Assembly (NCBI GenBank): GCA_964461915.1
Contig: CAYWVD010000002.1
Span: forward strand, 1 to 45,788
Direction of reading: 5' to 3'
Origin: an uncultured Candidatus Saccharibacteria bacterium
GTDB taxonomy: Bacteria > Patescibacteriota > Dojkabacteria > B142 > OLB20
Length of the DNA: 45,788 nucleotides
Positions 18,712 to 29,366 of this stretch are shown here, piece by piece (the stretch's first letter is position 1; the number at the start of each line of letters is the position of its first letter). A program made the position numbers and the translations under genes. Below the pieces are notes generated by a model. It was not told the DNA's origin, searched no databases, and saw only the letters and a list, made by a program, of their open reading frames with translations.

Positions 18712-21700
18712 TGTATTAACAACTTTGTGTTTGACCCTATTATCAGCCCTTGCTTTCCAAATCAAGATTAGCGCCGCAGTACAATATCTCCCATGGCAAT
18801 GGACCGAAACCAACTATAATTATTATGACACTTACCAATTTTCGGACACTGACTCTTCAAACAATATTTATGTAACGAATTTGGCCGAAAAGCGAGTTGA
18901 AAAATATGATTCAAACGGCGTCTTTGTTCGTAATTATTATGCTGATTGGAATTCTCCAGATAGTCAATTCTATAGTATTAAAGGTATTGCAATTGATTCA
19001 TCCAACAACTTAATCGTAATTGATAATAATATCAATAAAGTGCATATTATCTCGAATGCAGGCAATCTTATTTCTGAATTCGCTACACAAGGCACTGCCG
19101 ATAATCAATTAAGTAGTCCAAAGGATGTCGCCGTTGATGCTGCCGGAAATATTTACATAGCCGATTATGGGAATAATTTTGTAAAAAAATTCGATTCATC
19201 AGGAAATTATATCTCAAAGTTCTCGGTAACTAAGCCGATCGGTGTTGCCGTAGATTCCTCAGGAAATATTTATGTTTCTCGCGAAGCTCATTATGTTCAT
19301 AAATATGACAGCGCATTCGTTTTGCAATGGTCTCATGGAGGATATGGTAGTGGAGATACTCAACTTGCCTATCCAAAAGGAATAGATGTTGATTCCGTGG
19401 GGAATGTCTGGATTGCGGATTCGGGAGTGTATAGATATAAAAAACTTGATACCAATGGAAATTATATCTATAAATTCGGAACTTATGGAACTTCAAATTA
19501 CCAATTTAAAAGTCCCGCGTGTATTTCAGTCGATTCCGCGGGCAACATAATAACAATCGACGATAATGAAATTAAGAAATTTTCAGTTCAATCTACTGGA
19601 TATCAAATCGGCAATTTAAATGCAGGGCTCGATATAATCGATAGAACTAGTAAAATTAACATTGAATCCGGAGCGCCATATGGTGCTACAGGTTCAGCGT
19701 ACCCTTTAAGAATATTAACTACAGCCGGTAGAATTTTAAGCGATGTTAACGCCGATTTAACTGGCGATCTTTCTTGGCCTTTAGTCGTTGGTGATAGTGA
19801 TAGGGCTACCGGAAAATCATATATTGCAAATTTAACTGCAGAACCAGGTGCATCAGCAACTCATACTTTATATGTCCCAATTCCACTTGGTGTAGTCAGT
19901 CGAGAAGTCTACATTTGCCCTGACGCCACAGATATGGCAAGCGTTAACACATCATGCACTAATGGAGTTACAAGATCTTTTGGGTCAAGTTCTGAATCTT
20001 TTGGGAATATAACTATTACACAAACCGGCATACTTGGCGATGGCGTAACCTATTGGAAAATCGAAGGTATGACTGGTAGTGGTGGTATTTATGAAGAATT
20101 GAGTTTCTCCGGCGCTGGTGATGGTTCCCTTGGGAATCCCTATCAGATTACAACATGTAATCAATTACAAGAAATACAAAATAATTTAAGTTCCAATTTC
20201 ATACTAAACAATGACATTGATTGCTCTTCACTGGATTACAACGGTGGAATTTTTATGCCCATCGGATCTTCTATAGACCCCTTTACCGGAAGTTTGAATG
20301 GCAATAATTTCAGCATTTCAAATCTTGAGATGGACAAACCCTATGATTCTGTCACTCAAGTAAATAATGTAACAGGATTATTCGGCTATACTAATGGGGC
20401 AAATATCCATGATCTTGATTTAATTAATAGCACCATTTATGGGAATAATTATGTAGGCTCATTAATAGGATACGCTGTGGCCTCAACAATTTCAAATGTT
20501 ACAGCCTCAGGCAATATATTTTCTAATAGATTTAATTACCAAAACGAATACATCGGTGGATTAATTGGATACATAGATGGCGCTTCCACTATTGATCTTG
20601 CTTCATCATCTGTAATCATAAGTTTTGGTGATGATGTTAACCTAGTTGGTGGCTTAATCGGTGTAATTAATGGAACTACAATAATAAATGATAGTTTTGC
20701 TACTGGCAGCATCAGTCTTGGCATTGATTCATATTGGGTTGGTGGTTTTGTGGGTATGATTGGTGAAGAGATGAGTAATGCAGATGTAATAATTAATGAT
20801 TCGTATGCAACTGGAAACATTTTAGTTGGTGAGGATGCCCCTTGGGACGATGGGAATAATTATTGGGTGGGTGGATTTGCAGGACAAATTGGAAGTAGCG
20901 AAAATAATAATGTGAATAATACTACAGGTACGATCACTAATTGTTATGCTACTGGAAATATTGAAGCTAGATATGCAGATAATACTTGGATTGGAGGATT
21001 CTCCGGAGAAATATCCGGTTATAGCGTTGTAACAAACTCATATTCAACCGGGTCGATCACTTCTGGGCAAGATGCTAATTCTATTGGAGGATTTACAGGC
21101 AGTATTCGAGGCATAAACCCGGAAATTTATCTTTCATGGTCATCCGGCGATATCACTTTAAATAGCTATGATGCCTTCGGTGTGGGCGGTTTTGCAGGCT
21201 GGGTCGGTGTCGGTGGATATACTAATGATTATATTATCGTGGAAGATTCATATTCACTTGGAGATATTTCAGTTGGAGCGACTGGAAACGAAACAGAATG
21301 GTCTGCTATGATTGGTGGATTTGCAGGCTGGATTAAAGGAATGATAACAACGAATCCTATGGAAATTTCGAATTGCTTTAGCATGGGGAATATTTCTGCT
21401 ATCGGAGAAGTAATAGAAGTTGGAGGATTTGTTGGGGGCATTACGGGTAATGGCACAAATGGGACTGGTTCAGTCGTAATTGATAATACCGCCAGTCTTG
21501 GTAATTTTGTCGAAGGCTATTATGAATTAGGCGGTTATGCTGGAACAATCGATGTAGCTACAGCACAATCTTTGGTAATAAAAAATTCATACACTAGATC
21601 AAATATTGTTTCCAAATTTATCGAAATTGGAAATCTTGACCAAGCCTTAATTGCCGGCTTTGTGCCCTATGTTGATACAACTGGCACAAGTTCAACGAAT

Positions 21701-22741
21701 ATTTTTAATAATTACTCAACTAGTAGCTTTAGTCAATTTGATAGCGTTGGGGCAACCATATCAACTGCTCTTACTAATCCAATAATAATCACACAAGATA
21801 CTTTTGCAGTTGACGATCCTACCGGTATAACTCAAGGAACTTATTTGATTATTAATAGACCCGTTGGAGCTCCTTTTGCTACTACTTTAACAGCTCCAAT
21901 GAATGCGACCCAATTTTCAGCCGATGTTATAGATGCAAGTGGCCTTTATGAATACTCTAGAATCACAATAGACCCGGGCGATCCTTCAAAAGAAGAAGTT
22001 GTTCAGATTAGCACTATCGCAGGTAATGTATTAAGTCTTTCCTCAAGAGAAGGGACAATTACTCATGATGCCGGCGCAGTAGTAGTTCTGGATCAATATT
22101 CTATAAGTGAATTAGTTTATGTAGAAGCAGTTAACGGTAATAATATAACAGTACGAAGAGCTGAAGGTTACACTACCGAGAGGGACTTCCCGGCGGGAAC
22201 AACTGTAAATGATTTTCAATTCCCCTTGCCAACAGTAAAGGGTTTTGTTGATACAATTAGTCCTGGTAATGTCCTTTTTGAAAATAATTATTGGGACGCT
22301 CAGCTAAGTGGAGTATCAGATTCTGCTGAAGGAATAGGCCTAACTACTGCACAAATGAAAGATCCTGACAGCTTTATCGGATTTAACTTTTCTACATACT
22401 GGTCAACAAACCCACTTGTAAATGATGAATATCCATTCTTATCTTTTGATGATCCTACAATTGTTTCATTTGATACTACCGAAGGGCTTCTTCAGCCATC
22501 ATTCCATAGACATACTCATGTTTACAATATCGATGTAGATACATCTGTGGATACAATTTCATTTAAGGCCGATGCCACCGAAGCTCTAATTCGACAAATC
22601 GATATTGATGGATCCCCAATTGCAGACAATGTTTACACAGGGGCCCTAACTTTAGTGGACTGAGCTAATCAATTTATTTATAACCTCACATCAAGAGATT
22701 TCAGATCAGTCAGCTATATTATCAATGTGAATAAAGTGGGT

Positions 22742-22929
22742 ACGCCTGCAACACCTACACCAACGCCAACCGCTACGCCAACAAGCACTCCAACTTCAAC
22801 ACCGATAATAACCGCGTCTCCAACTAGCACTCCTACACCTACGCCCACAAATATTCCGGAGGTTAGTTTGACTCCTGCAATCTCAACAGTGACGCCGACT
22901 TTATCACCTAGTGCGACGATAACACCGAC
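22742..22929 (+). repeat. low-complexity Pro/Thr linker coding region
   Basis: TPATPTPTPTATPTSTPTSTP...; codon-degenerate repeats; approximate bounds. Confidence 0.75.
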
Positions 22930-24135
22930 CGAAATTATTGATACAAATAGATGCCTTATTGCAAATTCAATTATTAAAAAAACCTATACTGGTTCAGGCA
23001 TTAATCTAAACTTTAATATCGATAATGCCAATTTATGCATAATTAAATATGGCAGAGCTGGAAGTAGCTATATTGGGCAGGTTCCTGCAATTAAAAACAA
23101 TAATAATTTTTCAGCCTCCATAAATTTTCAAGAGTTTTCAGCAGATGAAGATATTGCATATAGGATAGAATGCTCTACCGGTGATACTCAATGTACTCTA
23201 TCAGACACCATTTACAGGAACATAAATCCACCAACAGTTCCATTTTTATCGTTCAACTTTAATCTTGGAGTATATGAGTTTATTACATTAACCGGCCTAG
23301 CGCTCGGTATAATCCCAGTATCCATTGCCTTCCCTAAATTCTGGCTTTATGCATTTCTTTGGATTTTCCCTAAAAAGAAAAAGAGTCCATGGGGAATAGT
23401 TTATGACTATCAGAGCATGTCCCCTATTCCATTTGCTGCAGTTAGGATACTTGATTTAAGTGGAAATGTTTTAAAACAAACAGTATCTGATCTTCAAGGG
23501 AGGTTTAGCTTTATCATGGATCCAGGCCAATATCAACTAATGGTCGAGCATAAAGACTACAACAAAGTAAATAAGACTATTTTTATTGCTAATCAAGATG
23601 CTCAAATCAATCAAGATGTATTAATGATAAAAGTTGCAAATACAAATGCATTCTGGCCAAAATTAAAGAAAAATTTAGGTGTTTTTGCATCAAAAACTTA
23701 TTTGTTTATTGGATTCTTTGGCCTAATATTTGCTCTGCTTGCTATGATTACTAATTTTGAATTGGTAAACATAATAATATTTGGATTATATATAGTCCAA
23801 TTAATTATTTACCTTTCGATTCATCCAGATAGAAATATCGGATTTGTGAATGATCTTGATAGTAAAGAACGAATAAAGGGAGCTTTCGTTAGAGTCCAAG
23901 ATGTTGTTCAGGGTAGACAAATCGATATCCAAATGACTGACGAAAAAGGCCGATTCGGCTTTAACTTAGATAAAGGTGAATATCTTTTACTTACTGATGC
24001 CGAAGGCTATGAAGTTGCTGGAAGCACACTACCAGAAACCATCTTAAATTCGGGCGTAAAAGCATTTAAATACGATTCAGTACAGAAGAATGTAAACTTC
24101 GAGATGAAAAAGATCAGAACCTAAGAGATGGAGTT

Positions 24136-26097
24136 CTAACGAGGTAATACTACAGTGAATGTTGTTCCATTGCCAACTTCTGATTGGAATTCAATTCTAC
24201 CTCCGTGCTTTTCAACGACTTCTTTGGCTACATATAGCCCAAGACCGCTTCCTTGTGCTTGAATTGAAACGGCATTGTCACTTCTAAAGAACTTTTCAAA
24301 GATCCTTGCTTGTTGATCTTTCGGAATACCAATTCCATTATCTTTAATATTAATTCGAACAAAGCCGTCCTTAAATTCTGTATAAATCGATATTTCACCA
24401 CCCTCTGGAGTGTATTTGATAGCATTATTTACTAGATTAACAATAACTTGCCTTATTTTATCTTTATCAATATTGATTATAATTGGACCTTCCGGATTCT
24501 GAGTAACAATGAGATTTTGCTTTTTTTGAGTGGACAGGCTTTTTTGCTCTTCTATTACATCTTTTACAACTTCGATAATATCTGAATCTGCTTTAATGAA
24601 TTGCAACTCCTTACCACCCTCTAGTCTTGAGATATCAAGCAAATCGTTTACAAGCAAAGTCATTTTTCGATTTCCTTCTGAAACCATACTGATATAACTC
24701 TTTTGCTCATCTGTTAAATTTGTATTAGATTTTTCATCCATTAACATCTCAATGTACCAACTGATGGCCGTTAACGGAGCCCTTAATTGATGCGATGCAA
24801 TAGAAACAAACTCTGATCGCATTTTCTCGACCTTTCTTTGTTCAGTAACATCTTTAATAACCACAACAAGTCTATGAACTTTCCCACTTGCATCTTTTAT
24901 GGGAGAAACTGTTTCGCTAATATCAATTTTTCTTCCGTCTTTAGTCACAATTTGTGATTTGTTGAACCTTGAAAGCACTTCACCCGTTCTAAATACATTA
25001 TCAATAAAATCTTTATCCAATTCCCCAGTTTTTTCATCAATAATATGTAAAACATTAGCGTATGGCTGATTATCGAATTCATTTTCTTTATATCCCAACA
25101 TTTTTAAAATGGTTGTATTAGACATAAAAATATTCTTATCATTTTCAATAACAACAACGCCTTCAGCAATACTCTCAATAATAGCTTCTAATCTCTGTTC
25201 TCGATCTGCCACTTTTGATTTCTCAATATTTATATCCTCCAAAACATTCATGATGGCGGTTTTGGCGTTTTCTAGTTCAGCATTCTTCTCTTGTAAAGAT
25301 TTTACGGAAGATTTTACTTTTTCTTCGGCTAATTTGGTTTGAGTGATATCAATAATTTTCATAAAAATCATCTCGGTATTATTCTCTTCGATATAGGACA
25401 TACCCACACTCCCAACAAACTCTTTACCAGAGGCATCTATCATTGTTAATTCCCCTTCCCAAATTCCTTTATATTCATAAATTTTTCGAACTGCAACTTC
25501 AAAAGCTGAATATGAATCCGAAGTCATAATATCGCGACAAAGAATTGTTTTTCTATTTGCGAAATCAAAGACTTTATCAGCATTCAAGTTGTTGAATATT
25601 ATGTTTAAATTTTCAGGATTTAGAAGAATGATGGATTCGCGAATAGTATTAAAAACTTTATTATAAAATGGGTCACTTTCTCGAGCTAAAACATCGTTAA
25701 TCTTATCTGTTCGCCTTATTGATTTATAATTATTTGCAATAAAAACAAAGGCTATTGCTAAATATATCCAAGGATAGGTTTCATCGTTAATTGAGTTTAT
25801 AACAACAAAAACTAATAGCAAAACCCTAATATACAACATATAATCGGCAAGATTGTCCTTAACCCATTTCACTAACAACGATAGTAAAAAGATTGATAAG
25901 AAAATGAATACAATCATTAAACGAATAGCCACCATTGTAGTAGCTTCAGGAGTGTCTTCTATGGTTTTGTTCGATAAATTAATGAAAATAGATGCAGCCA
26001 AACCAATTGAAAGTATGACCATTAGAATCTCTGGGATTCTCGAACCTGACCTAGTTTGAATTTTCTTTTGATTTTTATCTAAAGCATTTATTTTCAT
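24136..26097 (-). CDS. membrane sensor histidine kinase with two PAS domains
   Basis: H-box SHQLRAPL, N-box NLVNNAIKYT, DNGIG, FFRS and GSGLGL; N-terminal TMs. ATG 26097 is preferred over 26115 because it follows the upstream stop. Confidence 0.92.
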   Translation of the reverse strand: MKINALDKNQKKIQTRSGSRIPEILMVILSIGLAASIFINLSNKTIEDTPEATTMVAIRLMIVFIFLSIFLLSLLVKWVKDNLADYMLYIRVLLLVFVVINSINDETYPWIYLAIAFVFIANNYKSIRRTDKINDVLARESDPFYNKVFNTIRESIILLNPENLNIIFNNLNADKVFDFANRKTILCRDIMTSDSYSAFEVAVRKIYEYKGIWEGELTMIDASGKEFVGSVGMSYIEENNTEMIFMKIIDITQTKLAEEKVKSSVKSLQEKNAELENAKTAIMNVLEDINIEKSKVADREQRLEAIIESIAEGVVVIENDKNIFMSNTTILKMLGYKENEFDNQPYANVLHIIDEKTGELDKDFIDNVFRTGEVLSRFNKSQIVTKDGRKIDISETVSPIKDASGKVHRLVVVIKDVTEQRKVEKMRSEFVSIASHQLRAPLTAISWYIEMLMDEKSNTNLTDEQKSYISMVSEGNRKMTLLVNDLLDISRLEGGKELQFIKADSDIIEVVKDVIEEQKSLSTQKKQNLIVTQNPEGPIIINIDKDKIRQVIVNLVNNAIKYTPEGGEISIYTEFKDGFVRINIKDNGIGIPKDQQARIFEKFFRSDNAVSIQAQGSGLGLYVAKEVVEKHGGRIEFQSEVGNGTTFTVVLPR

Positions 26098-26098
26098 T

Positions 26099-26611
26099 TT
26101 ATTTTGTAACAGCAATAGACCTAGTTTCGCCCTCTGGAGCGCTTATTACAATCCTTAAGGCACTATTCACACACAAAGCATATAAGGTGTTTTTTGAATC
26201 TTTAGCTTTGGGATCATATGGCATTTCTGATAAATGGCTACCAAGTAAATAACCTTCTAAATTTATTAAACCATCATTTGAACCTATGTATTGAGAATTC
26301 GGACATTTAGGGTAAGTGTTAATTATTGACCCATCATAATCATGTTCATCTAAGAATGTATCTAATGCATGGGCTATACTATCAATATCTGTCACTCTCT
26401 TTAAATCTCGGACTTCAGGTATGGATTTTTGATAATTAAAAAGACTCAGCATATATGCCAAACTAAAACTAATTATGATGATTACCAAAAAAAGCTCTAA
26501 TCTACCAATTTTCCCCAAATTCCTAACCACAATATTTAAAAAAAACAAAACTGCAAGAGATATCACAAAGATTATCAATACCCCTGTAAGTAAATCGAGA
26601 TCTGATACCAT
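26099..26611 (-). CDS. pilin/pseudopilin-like globular domain on a two-TM anchor, no prepilin motif
   Basis: RDLKRVTDIDSIAHAL..F......YP.C...L...L..MP.DP resembles PulG-type heads; no G/F-x4-E site. Confidence 0.6.
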   Translation of the reverse strand: MVSDLDLLTGVLIIFVISLAVLFFLNIVVRNLGKIGRLELFLVIIIISFSLAYMLSLFNYQKSIPEVRDLKRVTDIDSIAHALDTFLDEHDYDGSIINTYPKCPNSQYIGSNDGLINLEGYLLGSHLSEMPYDPKAKDSKNTLYALCVNSALRIVISAPEGETRSIAVTK

Positions 26612-26628
26612 TGTGAGTTAAATAAAAT

Positions 26629-27039
26629 TTAAAATTCAGCCTCTGCCCAACTAGAAATAATTGTATCTGGATTGATTTCACTTATCGAAACTTCAACTTT
26701 CCTTACAAATCCGTCCGTTCTACCAATTGTTCTTAAAACCCTATTTGAATTGCCTGTTCCGTTAATTAACATGATTTCACATTCACCTGAGCCAATAATT
26801 TGAATGACTTCATTGCCTGAATAACTATTGTCGATTTTCAATTTATCTAAAGCAATTTCTACGCAAGAATTCGCAAGACTTCGTGCCTTTGAACCTTCCC
26901 TTAAGGCTTCGACACCTTTAAGACTATCAATGTTTACTGTGATAATGCTAGTAAACACAGCAACAGCAATAAACATTAATAAAATCACACTCGCTAAAGT
27001 TACAAAAGCTTTTTTATTATCTAATTGACGCTGAACCAT
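26629..27039 (-). CDS. PilX-like minor pilin
   Basis: KKA|FVTLASVILL class III-like signal without E5; A..LA.SCVE.AL; position last among the minor pilins. Confidence 0.65.
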   Translation of the reverse strand: MVQRQLDNKKAFVTLASVILLMFIAVAVFTSIITVNIDSLKGVEALREGSKARSLANSCVEIALDKLKIDNSYSGNEVIQIIGSGECEIMLINGTGNSNRVLRTIGRTDGFVRKVEVSISEINPDTIISSWAEAEF

Positions 27040-27520
27040 AAAAAGTTTGTGAATAATTTAAATTTGATCTTCCATCTGGATTTTTAAAAGAGACATTAAA
27101 CTGCACCCTAACCAGGCCCTTTGAATCCAGTCCTGAATTATTTGAAAAAACGACTTCGGAAATTATCACATCGGGCGAATTAAGGCTAGAAAAGGGATTT
27201 GGACCTTCTGAAAGCATTAAACTGCCACTACTTAGATCAAAAATTGTTGGATTAAGATTCACATTTGTATAAGTTAAGTTTAATGTCGATGACGAATTCC
27301 CAGCGATTGGAGATGTAATCGAATCAGATTCTCTTATCCTTTGTAAAACCTTTGTCATAATAAATTGTCCTTCAGTGTTTACTGTGTTCATTGCTTTCCC
27401 TTTTTCTGTTATATCTAATAGCCCTTGCCAAAAAGTTGAGATTACAACCACAAAAACAGCTAGCATGGCTAAGTACAATAAAACTTCAATTAATGTAAAT
27501 CCTTTAAATTCTTTTTTCAT
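27017..27520 (-). CDS. prepilin-type minor pilin (PilW-like)
   Basis: KG|FTLIEVLLYLA. Confidence 0.85.
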   Translation of the reverse strand: MKKEFKGFTLIEVLLYLAMLAVFVVVISTFWQGLLDITEKGKAMNTVNTEGQFIMTKVLQRIRESDSITSPIAGNSSSTLNLTYTNVNLNPTIFDLSSGSLMLSEGPNPFSSLNSPDVIISEVVFSNNSGLDSKGLVRVQFNVSFKNPDGRSNLNYSQTFYGSASIR

Positions 27521-27525
27521 ATTAA

Positions 27526-28932
27526 TTAAGGCGTTGGTGTTGGTCCAAAAATATTAAAATCAACCGCATTACTTCCTGTACATAACAACAATTCTCTGAC
27601 AGGATCATAATCAATTCCAGCCAGAGCTGAAGCAGCATTGTACGAACCCAATAAGGTAGGACTTGCTAAATTAGTAATATCCAAAACTTGAAGTTCTCGT
27701 GTAGTATTTGCAGTTGCTAAAAACAAATTCTGATTATTTGGTATACCCAATACCATATCACCAACCAAGCCTCCAGCATTATAAACAGAAATCTGCACCG
27801 GAGTATTGGGGTTGTTTACATTAACTATATGTAAAGGCCCTGAATTTTTTGCTAAAAATACTGTCCCATTATTAACTAAAACCCTATACCCATCATCATT
27901 GTTTGTAAGATCCAAGGCACTTGTGAAAGTTGGAGCAGATAAATTTGAAATGTTTACAATTGTAAGCTCGGCATTATTCGATGAAGTTGCAATATATGCA
28001 TAGTTACCACTTACAGCTATATCATTTGCATTCAAACCTCTACCGAGGCTTAGATTAGATACCACAGTAGGGGCTAACGGGTTAGTTACATTAATTATTG
28101 AAAGTTCCGGATCAGCATTGGTATTCGATGAAGCCCTTGTTACAAAAATATAATTTCCAGATTTAGCAATGCCCAAAGCATTTGCAGTCCCGGTTAGGTT
28201 AAGACTGCTAACTTGAACAGGAGCACTAATATTGGAAATATCATGCACAATAAATTCTTTAGTATTTGAACTACTTGTTCCATATAGGTAATTTCCATCA
28301 ATTACAAAATCATAAAGTTGACCGGTAGAATCAGAACGCTTACTAAACAAGGGCGCTACACTTGCTGTATTTGTATAATTCAAAGCATGCATATCTAAAG
28401 TTGTACTATTAATAATGACATAAGCTGTATTATTGATGGCCCTTACCCTAAGCCCAGCGCTTGTTCCCGTTATATTGTATGATCCAATTAATGATGGGGT
28501 ATTCCAAATTGGAGGACCAACCTGAACAGTTCTTTCCCAATCGCTTAAACGAATTGTTTGAGAAATTTCTTTATTTCCTGCATCTGTTACCCAATTTATT
28601 TTAATTCCAGCAGATTTATTTGTTCCATCAATATCACTAATTGTAATCGATCTAGAATATCCATCTTGAATATCAGGAGAAGGTCCTAATGCCCAAATAC
28701 CAGCATTCTGAACTAATCCCCATGTTCCATTGACCAGGTTAGCATAAGAAGAATCTTTAATGTTGTAAAGTATTTCAGCAGATTCATCTAATAATAAAGC
28801 TGCCTTTGTTTCTTCTGTTACTTTTTTCCTAGAATCAAGTCCATAAAACATTCCCGAAGATAACCCCAAAACTAACACCATAAAAAGCGCTAAACTTAAA
28901 ATTATTTCTACTGTCGAAAAACCTCTTTTCAT
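27526..28932 (-). CDS. prepilin-type minor pilin (PilV-like) fused to an LVIVD-repeat propeller
   Basis: RG|FSTVEIILS; repeated GNY(A/I)Y(I/V)...EL.I.(N/D)(I/V)SN...P units. Confidence 0.85.
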   Translation of the reverse strand: MKRGFSTVEIILSLALFMVLVLGLSSGMFYGLDSRKKVTEETKAALLLDESAEILYNIKDSSYANLVNGTWGLVQNAGIWALGPSPDIQDGYSRSITISDIDGTNKSAGIKINWVTDAGNKEISQTIRLSDWERTVQVGPPIWNTPSLIGSYNITGTSAGLRVRAINNTAYVIINSTTLDMHALNYTNTASVAPLFSKRSDSTGQLYDFVIDGNYLYGTSSSNTKEFIVHDISNISAPVQVSSLNLTGTANALGIAKSGNYIFVTRASSNTNADPELSIINVTNPLAPTVVSNLSLGRGLNANDIAVSGNYAYIATSSNNAELTIVNISNLSAPTFTSALDLTNNDDGYRVLVNNGTVFLAKNSGPLHIVNVNNPNTPVQISVYNAGGLVGDMVLGIPNNQNLFLATANTTRELQVLDITNLASPTLLGSYNAASALAGIDYDPVRELLLCTGSNAVDFNIFGPTPTP

Positions 28933-28940
28933 AAATCAGA

Positions 28941-29366
28941 TCAATACATTAACCCATTTGAATTAATATTAATTACTCTAGATTTTTCAAGACTATAAAT
29001 ATTTATCGTTCCGGTAGTACTTGGCGCACCCTCGATTTTAGAAAAATATATTTCACCGACCCCTGAGAAACTTACCTTTGATCCAATTACAGTTTTAACA
29101 TCATATGAAGTATCCCTAGTAGCAAAATCCGATCCTTTAAACATTATTATATTTGGCGACTGAAATCTTACCCCCCAAGTTGAATCCTCAAATCCACCTT
29201 GCGCAAGAGCTTGTGCTGATCTCATTGATTTTAATCCAACCTCATAAGCAGTATCGATTTCGCTTCCGGTAAGTGCAGTTTGACTAAGGGGTATTCCTAT
29301 TACAACAACTGCCGAAAAAAGAGCAATTACTAATAAAATTTCAATTAATGAATAGGCCTTCTTCAT
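28941..29366 (-). CDS. prepilin-type minor pilin (FimT/GspH-like)
   Basis: KA|YSLIEILLVIA; ends INSNGL. Confidence 0.8.
   Translation of the reverse strand: MKKAYSLIEILLVIALFSAVVVIGIPLSQTALTGSEIDTAYEVGLKSMRSAQALAQGGFEDSTWGVRFQSPNIIMFKGSDFATRDTSYDVKTVIGSKVSFSGVGEIYFSKIEGAPSTTGTINIYSLEKSRVININSNGLMY

Larger units (their letters stand above)
18672..24124 (+). pseudogene. large surface protein (~1816 aa if restored): signal peptide, NHL propeller, GLUG repeats, cadherin-like sandwich, PT linker, TMs and carboxypeptidase-regulatory-like domains; interrupted by an (AT)5 frameshift and an in-frame TGA
   Basis: P..IAVD..GNIYV.D NHL repeats and VGG(F/L)(I/A)G GLUG repeats. ORFs 18725..22663 and 22727..24124 share a frame, separated only by TGA at 22661. 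ATG 18672 joins the frame if (AT)5 is (AT)4. Confidence 0.8.

Noticed and set aside
22661-22720. Selenocysteine at the in-frame TGA
   Set aside because: The aligned residue is a structural Gly, and the downstream sequence is AT-rich with no SECIS-like hairpin.
18672-24124. Diversity-generating retroelement target or prophage remnant
   Set aside because: No reverse transcriptase, no template/variable repeat pair, and no integrase or other phage genes in the window.
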